A stretch of DNA of 60,456 nucleotides from the NCBI GenBank assembly GCA_029717555.1, contig JAMDHS010000063.1, forward strand, positions 62,001 through 122,456, written 5' to 3'. Source of the DNA: Peribolospora baueri. Lineage: Eukaryota. Of this stretch, positions 23,355 to 36,300 are shown piece by piece; within the stretch, counting starts at the first letter, position 1; each line of letters opens with the position of its first letter. The notes beneath the pieces were generated by a model. The model had not been told where the DNA came from and made no database searches. It saw only the letters and a list, made by a program, of their open reading frames with translations. The position numbers were made by a program, and so were the translations under genes.

Positions 23355-26302
23355 TCACTTCCCTATGCAGAAGCTTGAAAATATGCTCTCTAGCACCTCC
23401 TCGACGTCCACCCTGCCGGTGACTTTCCCCACCGCCTGAGCAGCATAACGCAACTCTTCGGCCGCGAGGACGAGGTCGGTGGTTGTGGAGTCCATCGTGG
23501 GGCGACCATTCAGGTCCGCTTGGGCAAACACAGATTAGGCGAGAAGTGCCCGTTTCTGGGATGAGCGACATGATCCAAGTCGACGAGGATCGCGGTCGTA
23601 CGCCACACCTCACCGCTCCGCTCGACTTACATAAAAACGTGTCCAAGCATCTGAGGGCATCTTGTAGGTGATACCGGTGTCGAGCTTGCGTGACAAGGGG
23701 CGTTCCGTCCAGGCTAGAGATCTCATACCTGCAGGCGAAGAGTTTGGTTCAAAATGGGAAATAGGTTTTGAACTAGCGAGACCAGAGAGAATATCGAAAC
23801 AGAAACCGCTTACTTGGCTTTTAGGTCTTGTGTCAGTCCGTCGACGAATGCCTGCATTCCTTCACCGGTTGCGATACTGACGTCCCACATGGCAAGACCA
23901 TTACGTGGATCTGCTGGCAGTCCGCATGAGTCGTCCCACTCGCTGTCACTGTTCCCCTCCGCTCCGTCCATTTCTGTAATACGTTCCAGAGTGCCGTTCC
24001 TCTCCCTTGCCTCCTCCAACACCTCTCTGACTGCTCGACGATGCTCGTCGGAGAATTGCGAGGATGCGTCGGTCTTATTGAGCAGGACAAGCGTCGAGGG
24101 AGTGATGTGAGTCAGAAAACTGGGGTCAATGACGGGTGTGGCGGGAGACTTTTGGGCTGAGGAGGAGGTGCAAGAGGACTGAGGAGCGGGGAAAATATCA
24201 GGGATGGAGAGAAGGCAAATGCGAAGGTGGGAGGAGTCGATGCTGGCCAATCAGGAAGCGCGCGAACAGCAAAACAGTGATGAGCAAGGGAGCGCCTCGT
24301 ACCACTCGTTCGCACTCTACTTAACACGACTCACACGTCCCTAGCCCTCTCCACTCCAATCTTCTCCACCGCGTCCTCGGTGCCTCTCAAACCAGCCGTG
24401 TCGGAGAGGATGACAGGAAAGCCGCCGATGTCGAGCGAGAGCTCGATGACGTCTCGCGTCGTTCCTGGAAGGGGCGACACTATAGCGGCTTGGCGCTGAG
24501 CTGGTCAAATCGAGGCCACAGAAGGCACGTCGCAAGTGGTACGCGGACAAAACGCAGAGCAAGCGCGCGCGGAAGAACGTGCGAGCGTTAACCGCTGACC
24601 AACTGACCCAGAGGGAATGCCATCGCCAGAGCCTCGCATGCTCACCTAACCAATTAAGAAGACTTGACTTGCCCGCATTTGGAGGGCCAAAGATGGCGAC
24701 TCGGACGCCTGAGCGTACGATCTCGCCCTTGCGTCCGTCTTCCAGGTGCCGTGAAATGGTTTGGCGGAGCGCGGTGACCTTGTCCACGACTGTTACATGG
24801 GACGAGCGATAAAGCAGGGATACATGGAAAACACATGAATGAAAGGAGATCACCACAGCAACTTTGTTTAGTCTCCCGATCGGCGCATCGAAGGAGAAGC
24901 GAAAAGACTTACCCTGCTCCCAAACGCCCTCTTCAATGCCTTCATCCTCCCCAAAATCGATTAGGGCCTCTACCAGTGCCATGCACTCAATTAGATGCGC
25001 TCGTATCTCCTCGTATTTAGCTTTTAGGGCTCCCTGAACAAATACAACAGGAAAGAACGCGAGCCTGTGTTTAAGTGCCTGGATAGCTCCCATCATTCCG
25101 CGACCGCCTCCGAGCCACACGTAAACGCCACAAGGGGAGGGGGCAACGAAGAAAAGAACAATGGGAGAGTAGGTCACTTACACCGGCTTGCCTGATGGCC
25201 AACCTCCTTTGCTCCTCCGTCTCCGCCTCAATAAGGTCCCGCAACCCTTCCACCTCCGTTAAATCCATCCTTCCGTTTTCGAAGGCCAGCCAGGTAAACT
25301 CGCCGCGCTCAGCGGGTCTGCAAAAGGGAAGGGTGGAAAGAGCCGTGAGGACGGAGGTGAGGATTGCAGGACCGCCGTGTAGGTGGAGCTCGAGCGTCGG
25401 CAGGGTTGTATAGGAGCGACCGGCTACCGGACGAGAATGAAGTCGGGTTTGTATCGAACAGGCGTCAGAAAAAAGATCAAGTAATCAGATTTAATAACCT
25501 AACCTGAGATTTGGAACCTCATTCTTTTGTGGCTCACCATCGAACCAGACAACAATCCCTTCGTCCAGAAGCTCGGCCGTCTCAGGGTGGCGGATAGCCC
25601 TTAGCATCGCTCGACCGTGCTTCGGAGATGGCAAAGCCGGACTCGATTCCCAAGAAAACGATGAGGAACCTGTGAAATTCTTCTCTCCGAAGTCGAGCTT
25701 TGAGGTTTTGAATACCATCTTGCGGTACACTTCGGCGGCATCTGGTCTAGGCGTTCCAAGAGGAAGAACGAGGAGGAATGAGCTACCGCGCATGAAACGC
25801 AAGCCGAGAGCCTGTCTCTAAACTTATACTATGTAAAGCATTGAAATTACTTTAGAGTATAATGACCGCGCACTCACCCCGATATTCGTACGATCGCCAC
25901 ACCAGCCTTTCCCGGCGCCGTCGCTGGTGCGTAGATAGTTTGCCGCTGAGAGGGGGAGGTGCCAACTTCAGGAGCGGACCCAATCGCAGTGACATGACTA
26001 CAAGGGAATCCCTTGTGCCTATTCTCCTCTCTTCGCTGCACCGACGCCGTCCAATAGTGCCTGGTGTTTATAACATCTCGAAGCAGGGGTCGGTCGCGGG
26101 AGGTGGAAGGGACGAGGGGTGACAGAAAGAGAGAGGCGAAGAGAGGCCTTGGGCGCGGCCTTGGAAAGAATGCATCTCTGCTTAGTGGGACTCGTATCGT
26201 CGAGTCAAAAAGTGTAGCGAGGCACCTTGGGCAACTTATCGAAGAGAGTCTCATGAGTCGCACGAGTTGGCGTCTGCTTGTCGCACACCTGATCCTTAGC
26301 AT
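23355..26302 (-). CDS. MSS1: Mitochondrial tRNA modification GTPase Mss1 (TrmE/MnmE/GTPBP3), multi-exon
   Basis: [90 protein letters not shown]-terminal IFSSFCIGK* (stop 23355-23357). Start codon approximate. Confidence 0.96.
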
Positions 26303-27310
26303 GCCCGCTGAGAAGCCGCCGTGCACGGGGCACCTTCTGCCGCAACACCGACCTTTCGCCGCCTACATCCGTTCAGTTGCGTATGAGTGCTTGGGAGGAA
26401 GATGGGCCTCTACGTCCACCCATGTCCTTTGTACTTTCTGCACTTTGCTTATTCCAAGCATCCAGAAGGAGACGTGAGACTAGATAGCCCGTTGTTCTCC
26501 AAGACCTTTCTTGTGCGCTTGAATGCGCTGGAAGACTCTGGCGGACATTAGCTATTTCCAAGCACTTAGGAAAATCCTGGACGATAACGGCCAACTCAAA
26601 CTGTTGACACGGTTGGGTCTGTAGGAAACTTCGGGAACTCGCGCCTCGTAGAAATGTATTGTCTACGTGGATCACGTGGGAAGGGGTTTACGACGAGGGC
26701 GGGAGATATTCTATAGTACGTACTCGAGGTTAGTTTGACCAGGACGATCAACTTAGGACGCGCAGCCGCAGCGCCAGGCGCCGTTGTGCCATCGCCCTGA
26801 CGACCACCATTCATGCCTTCCGCCACCACCCCGTCTCCCTTCTTCCACTGTGGCCCCGGTGGTTCTACATGTCGGAGCTATTAGGGTCCACAGTAAATCG
26901 CTGGAGCGCAGCCTGCAGGCAACGGCGTTGATATTCGGCGGTCAAATTTCGATTTGATTGACATCCGTTTACGGTCTTGATATCCCTTGAGCGAAGGGTC
27001 TCCGTGGCGTCGTCAAGTATGGATAAAGGCGACACGAAGGACGATCTATGCTGCCCTTCTCGATCTTCGTTGGCAAGCAGATAGGCGACCGCATGCTCCG
27101 CCATGTTCGGCATGTCTTGGCCAGGCATCTCTGGTGCTTATGAGAGAGAAGGACAACTCACATTGTGTTTCAATTCAATCGCACAGAGGTTGTCGTCGCC
27201 GTCTCCGTAGCGCACCGTCAACCATAGGCTCTCTAATGGGAGAGGACTGCACATGCCTTTTCCCTCCTTCAGCCGAATTCCCCGTCCCCCTCTCGTTCTT
27301 TGCCTCCCAC

Positions 27311-27358
27311 CACCATCACCATCACCATCACCATCACCATCACCATCACCATCACCAT
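27311..27358 (+). repeat. (CACCAT)8 microsatellite upstream of the NADPH oxidase gene
   Basis: Perfect hexamer array, directly visible. Confidence 0.95.
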
Positions 27359-27688
27359 CCCTCTCTTCTCTTCCCTCTCCCTCGCTCACCTTCGTCTTTT
27401 GTTCCCTCCCCTTCTCGGTTCCCTATTTGTGGTCCCTCCTACGAGGGCTCAGGATACGTCTCTCCAATTCTCGCTCGCTTGCCGCTGGCCGGCCGATTCA
27501 TCCCCAACTACGACCGACGTTCTTCGGCCTTCACGCACATCCCTGGCCGCATCGCACCGTATTGCAGGACAATTCCCTTTCGCATCGCCCCTGCCCTCGT
27601 CTTTCCTCAGCCTTCGACAATACGCTTTTAGCAGCCGCGCTTGACCGTCCACTTTCATTTGCCTCCAAACCTGATCACTGACGACACA

Positions 27689-30600
27689 ATGGGCAAGCCT
27701 CGCATCTCCACCCCTTCCGACCTCTCCTTTTCTGATGGCCCTCTGCCCGCGGAGGCACTCTCGCCCAGCTTCGACGGGAATCTAATGATGGATGGTGGCC
27801 AGCTGACTCGCACTGGTATGGCCAAGTCTGCCCAGGGCCCCAACGAGGACTTCTACGGACAGCAGCCGGCGCATATGCGGCGCAATGCGACGGAGCGTAT
27901 GCGGATCCAGGGTCTCATGAGGAGGAATATCGGAAGTGTTCTCGCCGTCGATGGGGACGCTAACAGGCCCGAGGGTGGCAGCATGGCTAACAAGAGGTTG
28001 ACCAGGTTGAAGATATGGATGGTCAACGACGGTGAGTAGACTGGAGGCGGCCATCCCGAAGTGATATAGAGCCTACCAGAGTACATTCTGGACCTTGCTG
28101 CGCATACATTTACGTAATGCACGCTGGCTGACATGCCTTCTTCGCGCAATCCCAGGGAGCCGTCGCATCTTCTACGGCGTTTGGCTTCTAGCGCAAGCTA
28201 TGGTTTTTGCGTTCGGCTTCAGTGAGCAGTATTCCCTTCATCAAAAAGCGGTCTTCCTTTGAGTACCCCTCACCCGTCTACTTCTTGGCCCGAACCAATG
28301 TCGACAGTGAACTACCAGCTGAAGGACAACCTCACCCAAGCCCGCGCGACCTACCATATCACCTACCCCATCGCCCGCGCCGCCGCCCTCGTCCTCCACT
28401 TTGACGTCGCCTTCATCCTCCTCCCCGTCTCCCGCAATTTCATCTCCTTCATGAGAAACACCCCGCTCGGAGAGGTCATCCCCTTTGATAAGAATATCAC
28501 TTTCCGTGAGTAGCATTGGCGATGACCACAGGGCACAGTGACAGTACCGATACGGACGGGTTATACTCATCTTTCCCTTCCCCGTCTCTTCAGACATGGC
28601 GGTCGCCTGGTCGATCGTATTCTGGACGGTGCGCGCTCGCCAGCTTCTTCAACGGTTATTTTTGCCTCCCTTATTGCTAAGAGCGCGCGCCTTACCACTT
28701 ATCGCAACACCTATTTTTTAAACAGGCCATCCACGTCCTCGCTCACATGGTAAATTTTGCCGAGTTGGGCGTTGTCAGCAAAACGGGCTTCGTCGGTTTC
28801 CTCTTGGCTAACTTCACGACTGGACCTGGGTATGTCCACCCCTCCAGCTGCTGAGCTAAGGCGATCTCGGAAGGCAAGCTGACTCACGCTCTCTCACTGT
28901 CAACTTCCCCTTCGCTCTTGGCTCATCATCATCTCGGACCACCTTCTCCCCGACAGGGTGACTGGCTGGATCATGACTGCGGCCCTCGGCGTCATGGTTT
29001 GGTTCTCTCGCGAGAAGAAGCGCCGTCAGCCTAACGGTGGTTTCGAGAAGTTCTGGTGCGTGTGTGGAAGTTTTTCTTTTTTTTATTGAGGCTGGATATC
29101 TGCTTCGTCGTTGAGAACAGACTGGACCTGATGGCGTGGCCAACTGATTATGGACGAACAAACAGGTACACGCACCACTTGTTCATCATCATCTTCATCA
29201 ACTGGCAGCTTCACGGCATGTTTTGCATGATCAAGCCAGACACTCCCCCTTTCTGCTCGTTCATGCAGATCGGCGTGTTCTGGAAGTATTGGCTCGTCGG
29301 AGGAGTGAGTCTTGTTCGATCTCGGCGTGTGTTTCCACGTTCACTTTGAGTTGACTTGCGTCTTCATCCCTCCCGCTTTGCATCGTCGCCTTCTCAGGTC
29401 ATTTACATTTACGAGCGCGTCCTCCGTGAGGTGCGTGCCCGTCATCGGACGTATATCTCCAAAGTCATCATGCACCCCAGCAACGTTTGCGAGGTGCAGA
29501 TCAAAAAGGAGAAGACCAAGGTGAATGTCTGAAGACAAGCTTGTTTGAGGAGCAACAGGCGAAACGTGAGCTAGGACTGACTCCGACCGATGGCACGTAG
29601 ACCAGGGTCGGCCAGTACATCTTCATCAATTGCCCCGAGATCAGCTACTGGCAGTGGCACCCATTCACCCTCACGAGCGCGCCCGAGGAGGACTACATTT
29701 CCGTGCAGTAAGCCTAAACCTCCTTCGCGGGCGTTTATCTTGGCCGTTTGACATTCTTACGAGCAATTGAACTCGCGAATCGAGTGTTCATGACCTCCCG
29801 CATTGGGCACGCCCCTTTCACTGCCTCGCAGCATCCGCGTCGTTGGCGACTTCACCAATGCGTTCTCGAAAGCTCTCGGATGCAACTTTGAGTCGATGGG
29901 CGACAAGTTAGACATGCGCAAGTCGAGTACGCGCGTGGTCAGCTCGCAGGCGAACCCTCCGTTGAACCGCGTCCTTCCTCGCATCATGGTCGATGGCCCG
30001 TTCGGCTCGGCGTCGGAGGACGTGTTCAAGTTTGAGGTGGCTGTGCTTTGCGGTGCCGGTATCGGCGTGACTCCGTTTGCGAGCATCCTCAAGAGCATCT
30101 GGTACCGCCTCAACGACCCCAACTTCAAACAGCGGACGAGGCTTAGGAAGGTCTAGTGAGTGAGGGCGGCGGTAGCGCAGCTCGTCAATCATGTGGGTCG
30201 TGTTTCCTTCCAGTGAAAGGGGCTGACGATGTTTTGTCGTCTCGTTGAACAGCTTTTTCTGGGTCATCCGCGACTTTAATCAGTGCGAGTGGTTCCAGTC
30301 GCTGCTCCAAGCCATCGAATCGCAGGACCCTGGAAACAACATCGAGATTCACCAGGTGAGCAGAGGAAGAGAAGACAGCTGCAATCTGGGAAATGTACGA
30401 GCGAGCGTGTGCAAGGCCGGTTGGATTGAAGGCGCCCCTTGTCCCTCTCCACCTGGACGCCTCCCTGATAGTATCTCACCGCGGAGGTCAAGGAGGGTGA
30501 CATTAACAACATCGTCCTCCAGGACGTTGGCGGAGAAAAGGATGCCATCTCCGGCTTGAGATCTCCCACGCACTTCGGTAGGCCGAACGTGAGCATCCAT

Positions 30601-30912
30601 CCTGTCTTCGTTTCCTGGCGGACGGTGCGCAACTAACTGCCGTCTTTGCTTCACAAGTGGGACAAGATCTTCGAGTCGCTGCGCGACAAGCACCTGCAGA
30701 CCGACGTCGGCGTTTTTTTCTGCGGTCCCAAGTCGCTCGGCCATACGCTTCATGTCATGTGCAACAAGCACACTGATCCAGAAGTCACCGGCACGAGGTT
30801 CTTTTACGGAAAGGGTGAGTGAATGGCACACCGTTTGAGCTTGTTTGGGCGTTTCGTCTCCATGCCTCGCTGACAATGTCCTCTTCATACCAACTTTCCA
30901 GAGAATTTCTAA
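27689..30912 (+). CDS. noxB: NADPH oxidase, NoxB/Nox2 type (gp91phox homologue), about 13 exons
   Basis: N-terminal extension, then [27 protein letters not shown], heme His residues (ITFH, LAHM, YTHH, QLHG), FAD motif [15 protein letters not shown] motifs [10 protein letters not shown] and [22 protein letters not shown]-terminal FFYGKENF*. All splice junctions join in frame. Confidence 0.96.
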
Positions 30913-31711
30913 ACCGCTTTGCACGGCGCTCACGTCGTCCGCCTTCTCCCGCACACTGTCATTGCGAGGGAAGATTGGGTACGGAGCGTAGTACCTCGGT
31001 ACTTAGATAGGGTACATGTTCTGTTACCAGCACGTATACACCGTTGCCTCGTTCGTCGCAGGGAGCCAATGCGGCGAAGAAGTGCCGGCGACGATGAGGT
31101 GTTCGCTCGAACGACGGTCGATCGACAAATGTACATGTAGGAGAGAAGTGCCTTTCATTTTTGGAATGGGATAGTATTCCCTGCGAGAGAATAGTACTAT
31201 ACTACAACAGACTAGACATGTCCGACGTGCGGTCCCGGCAGTACTGCGCAGGGTCTGTGACAAGCAACTGTCTGGTGCCTTGTCTGTCTCGTACCCGCCT
31301 TCCACCATACGGTATCATCCAGAGTCAACGAACGCGGCCGTACCCAACTCGGGGTTCTGGTTGGGTCAATCATGGATCAGCAGACGTCGAAAGACGGCAT
31401 GGGTGTCGTTGTCGCGTTGATGTGGAGCAACGCTTGTTCGATGCGGTAAGGGCGACAGCGCTGAACCGGGACCTGTTAGCCTCGCTCTTGAGAAACAAAC
31501 TGGGTAAGAGCAGTTCAATACAGCGAAGTTGAGGTTTAATTAGCACAGATGAAAGGTGCAGAACTGAAATCGTGGTAGGTAAGAAGCGCTCACCAGGGAA
31601 CGTATAGGACGCCGCCGCTGACTGGGCCACGAGCACGGTACAACCTTCAACTTGCTCTCAGCTCGATATTCTCAAGCCTCACAGCCCCTGCTCCCGCTCG
31701 ACCGCGATGCA

Positions 31712-31927
31712 TCAGCCCCCAAGCGCCTCATCGTCTTCGTCCTCCCGCCCCACCAGCCGGTACGCGGACTCTGAGAGGCGCCCTCTGCTTTGATGCCGAC
31801 GCCGGAGCGAGTCGCCAAGGCAGGAGGAAATAGCAAACCATGCAATGGCGCAGGTAAAAAGGGCAAAGAATACAATGAAGAGGATGACGAGGGAAGGGCC
31901 TCTGTTCCCCTGAACTTGTTCTGGCAT
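31712..31927 (-). CDS. Candidate 71-aa single-pass membrane microprotein
   Basis: ATG-initiated ORF with one clean hydrophobic helix (SLVILFIVFFALFTCAIAWFAI), then a basic RRRH stretch and an acidic tail. It lies in otherwise empty intergenic space, divergent from the cupin gene. Confidence 0.5.
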   Translation of the reverse strand: MPEQVQGNRGPSLVILFIVFFALFTCAIAWFAISSCLGDSLRRRHQSRGRLSESAYRLVGREDEDDEALGG

Positions 31928-32370
31928 CTCACTCTCTCTTGCTCCCGCCTTGGTTCCTGCTATTGATCAGCTCCGCCCGTGATGAGCTCGGCTGGCGTCA
32001 TTCGATCTGTGAGCCGATTTGTCAGCATGACCTAATCGCAAGCACACTTGGTAAGGTGAACGGGCGCGAGTCGACACGACTCGGCTCTTCCATACACACA
32101 TCATGTCCTTTCGCATCTTGGTCCCCCGCTTTAGCTCCCTGACTGCTTTTCGAGCTGCTCCTATTTGTTCTTCGGCATTTGGAAAACGTACTTTCTCTAG
32201 CTCCAAGATGACGCTCCACGTCCCCACCGGCTCCACCGTGTAGGTTCAGGGCGTTTCGTCTTCGGTACCCGTAGAACTCGCCTCGCTATTGAGCACAAAG
32301 ATAGTACACAGCTGATGAATGAGAGCACTCACTGCTCTATCTCTGTTCTCTCGCGCGCAGGCACGATCGC

Positions 32371-33068
32371 ATGGCCTACTTCCCGCAGATTGCTGCAGAG
32401 GCATCCAAGTCCTCCGAGTTCCGCCGCGTCCTCTGGACCGGTCTTCACTCCCAGCTCGTCCTCATGACCGTGCCACCCAATGGAGAGATTGGTGAAGAGG
32501 TGGGTAACAGAGGGAATGGATTCAGTATTGTTTTGGATGGTAAAGCAGCAGAGATGGGTGGTTTTCGCACATATCCGACGCGCCTTCTCGCCGCGTCTCG
32601 ACACAGATCCATAAAGTGGACCAGACCCTCTCCTTCGTCTCCGGCGTTGCAAGGGCCATAGTCAACGACGAAGAGAAGGACGTTGAGGCAGGCGACATCG
32701 TCATCGTCCCGGCTGGCTGCAAGCACAACTTCCTAAACACCGGTGTGAGTTGCGATCGGCTCCGCCTCGGGCTTGGCCCCGACGTAGGCGTGTTTGCTGA
32801 GCGCTGGATCCTCGGTGAATCTGCAGCCGAACCCTTTAATCTTGTACACCGTCTACGCCCCGGCTGAGCACGCCCCGGATACGGGTGAGTCACTCGTTTC
32901 CATACACTTCCTTTCGCTGGTGCTGAATCCAAAAGCTCACTTGGGCCAAGGTTCGATGTTTCCGACGGCTGCGCAGTCCACAAGACCAAAGAGGAAGGCG
33001 ACAAGGCGGAAGAAGAAGGAAAAGACGAACCTCCTCCCTGGGCCCGGGACCGACACAAGCTTGACTGA
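32371..33068 (+). CDS. RmlC-like cupin domain protein (cupin_2, mannose-6-phosphate-isomerase-like), 4 exons
   Basis: FRRVLWTGLHSQLVLMTVPPNGEIGEE/IHKVDQTLSFVSG...AGDIVIVPAGCKHNFLNT/...PLILYTVYAPAEH, i.e. cupin motifs 1 and 2. Stop at 33066-33068. Confidence 0.9.
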
Positions 33069-33379
33069 AAAGGCACAACGCGGTAAATTAGGCGACCCCG
33101 TCTCTGCGGTCCGAGATGTCCTTGAGTTGAAGGTCTGCGTGATTCGAAGATGTGAAGCGGTGCTGGGCTGGTCTCTTGTCTAATGATGGGACGGTCGACA
33201 AAAGGTGAATGGAGCCTCTTTCGCACGCAACGGGAGATGTGCCTAGATTGAGATCGAGAAACAAAGAGACAAAGCACTTCCTTCCTTCCGTTCTTCCTTC
33301 CGTACACACTCGGACCTTCTCCGCACCAAAACAAAAGAACCGTCCAACCTGGTCCACTCTACCGTCTGAATTGTCTCCA

Positions 33380-36300
33380 TCAGTCCTTCGTAACCATCGC
33401 TCGCTGTTCCTTGCGCAACTGAGCAATCTCTGCTCGGAGGGCTTTCAGCTCACTCAGGATCGTCGCCATGTCCTCTCCGGAAACGCCTGTCACGGCTCCG
33501 TCTTTTGTCGACCTAGCGTCGTCCTGGTCCTGGCCCTTGGCTGACTGCTTCTGCTGATGAAAGACAAAGACATCAGAGGACGAGAGCAGATTGTCGAACA
33601 CCGCTGAAACGTGTCAGGGGTGCCCTCAGCTTGAACTATGAGGATACGCTGGTTACTCACGCCGGCTTGAGGCACCCTTTTCAGCAGGTCGTCCCACTTC
33701 ACCTTGGTGATCCTCGGACGAGGCGCACCCCCGGACGTCGCAACGTTCGCATCCGATTCCGCCGCCGCCGTGGATAGCTCGTCGTCGTAGTCGAAAGGCG
33801 TCTCCGGTTCCTCATCCGAGCTGCCATCCAAATCGTGCTCTCTCTCCGAACGTTCTGCCTCGTGGATGAGCATCGAAGCTTCTCGTGCCGAGCGAAGGCG
33901 AGGAGCGTCCCGGCGAGATTCGTAGAGCGCTTCGCAGAGAAAGTGAGTAAAGACGTACCAACGCATAAGCTCACTTGTACTGGAGGCATCCAGCACTTTC
34001 CAAGCAGGAAATCAGGCTAATGCAGGAAAGACTTACCAATGATGCACAGGGGGATAAAAAAGACCACACTAGCACGTCCACAGGACTCCATCGAGTCAGT
34101 GTCACCCCGGGAATCAGGCAAACCTGCTACCAGCGAGGTCGAAGTCTCACCTCTGTACGACCTTGTTTAGTTTAGCATAAGCATCACGAGGGATAATGAA
34201 TTCCAACGGGACGATGAAGATGGCTGAACGGTTGGAAAAGCGCAAGTGTGAGAAACGTTACCGACCAACTCTTATCCCACCATACCATCGTGAGAAGCTT
34301 ACCTTCCAGCAAATTGAATGGCGGCAGATAGACGTATTGGTCGGGTGCCTGTTATTCGAAAGTCATGTGCATGTGAAAAAGTGGGCATGGCGCTGTCCAA
34401 TCAGCTTTTCTTCGGCCAACACGCTTAGGGCTATTTTGAGCATATGCAAGAAGGAGTAACGAACTCTGATAGCCGCGATCGTCTTATCAGTGAAGAAGAC
34501 GAGAAACTCGTCAATGGCATTGTCCTCGACCTGTTGATAGGCGCTGCCGAAGAAGGCGATGAGGATATTTACGAGGATAACTGTGTGATGGACGGGGTGA
34601 ATGCAGAGGACCGCGGCGCGCTCAAAGTCGGACCTGATGCAGTAATGCTCAGACAGAAGCAGTACGTACTAGCAACGATGAAGACGTTGAGGTAGTATAT
34701 GATAGCCCCTGCACAAGCATGTCTCGTTTAAACATCAGCCCGACATCTTCGAGCACCGGATGAGCGCGCGAAGAACGCTACAACACTCACCGAAAGGTTT
34801 CCCAAAGCCTTCCTCTCCAATGCTAAAATCAGGCCCAGTGAGCAGAGCTTGGATGAGAGCATTTATCACGCGACTCGTCTCCGTGATGTTGTTGTCCGCC
34901 GCGTCGAGGGAGAAAAGCGCTTGGGCGAAGCCTGTCAAACATACTCGTCAGTCTCGAGACACGATAGCACGTTCGGGCCTGCTCGGATTGAAACGTACCG
35001 ATTTCCACAAGGATAAGCAGAGTGAAGAAGGTCGCAGCTGAGAAATGAACAACAGCACCGGAGGTCAGCGACGGAAAATTAGGGTGGGCGTCGCATCTTC
35101 GTGTCCTCACTTTCTTTGAGCATTCTCAAGATGACGACTGATATGGAGGTAGTAAGAGCATGAGATGGTCATCAGCTCGGCTCTATTGAATGCTCGGATG
35201 CCCAGACCAGCTTCACCTTGAATCACGCCGAAGTAGGCAAAACTGTCCAGGATCGTCAGGAGCTTGATCCAGATGAGTGGCGCTAGCATGCGTGCAGCCA
35301 AGGACCAAAGTGAGTCAGAGCAGTGTACCCCCAGAATCCAAGCGGATGCTCCGCTTTGCAGTCACGAAAAAACAATAGTCGAAAGGGCTCACCTATGCAG
35401 CTAAGGAACTGAAAGCTTAGGATCTGATAATCGTGCCACTCATGATAGTTCGACAAGCTGACCAATCGCAGGGCGAAGGAAATGCAAAGAAGGACGTTGG
35501 TCGTGATGTCCTGACGTGGGCGCAATCGTCATGAGCAAGCAGCGGGCGCAATCATCATGAGCAAGCAGCCTTCAGGTGTCTGCCAAACCAAAAATGGGCC
35601 GACAATCACGACGATAGTCCAGAACGACAGGGCACCAAGTCCGCCTGATTTGTACGTCTGAAAATAATAGGGTGCGAGTGCGGTCAGTCAAGGCGATTGA
35701 AACGTGGAGGCCAAATCCAAGGCGAACATTGCTCACTCTGGAAACATCCTCGAGAATGTAACCAGCGCCAAAGATGTATAGCAAGACCTCCCAGATATCA
35801 AGGTCAGTCGGCGTAGTAGTGGTGAGGGTGTAGAGGGCGAGAAAGACGATCCACGTGGTGATGTTGAAAAAGTACTGGTCTGCACGCCCCCCCGTCCCCC
35901 GGTACGCAATTAAAAAGAGGCCAAGGGACCAAGTTCAGTCACTTGTGCCGTAAAGATAGTCAGGACGAAAACAATCTGAGGTACTGACATTTCGGCACGC
36001 TCAATCGCGAAGGGTGAAAGTGGTCGAGGAATGCTCCCGAACCAACACTTTCGTACGGCTCTGTAAAGTTGGAAGGAAGCCAATGCGAATGACAGACAGG
36101 ATTAAGGGTTGCGAGTCCGAGAGAACAGAAAAAGCCGACCGTCGAACGTACGGAAAGCGAGCACGCCATGTTCATCCACCTGGGAGACCAGATGTCCCAC
36201 CCAAAGAGCCGAGACACACCGCTGTGCTTCGGGCGACGAGAGAAAGATCGTGCTTCACCGGAGAAGGAGGAAACAAAGGCACCAGTCATGACTCGTTCTT

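Noticed and set aside
26987..27681. ORFs with poly-His, (SP)n or (TI)n tracts
   Set aside because: These are just three translations of the (CACCAT)8 microsatellite in non-coding DNA.
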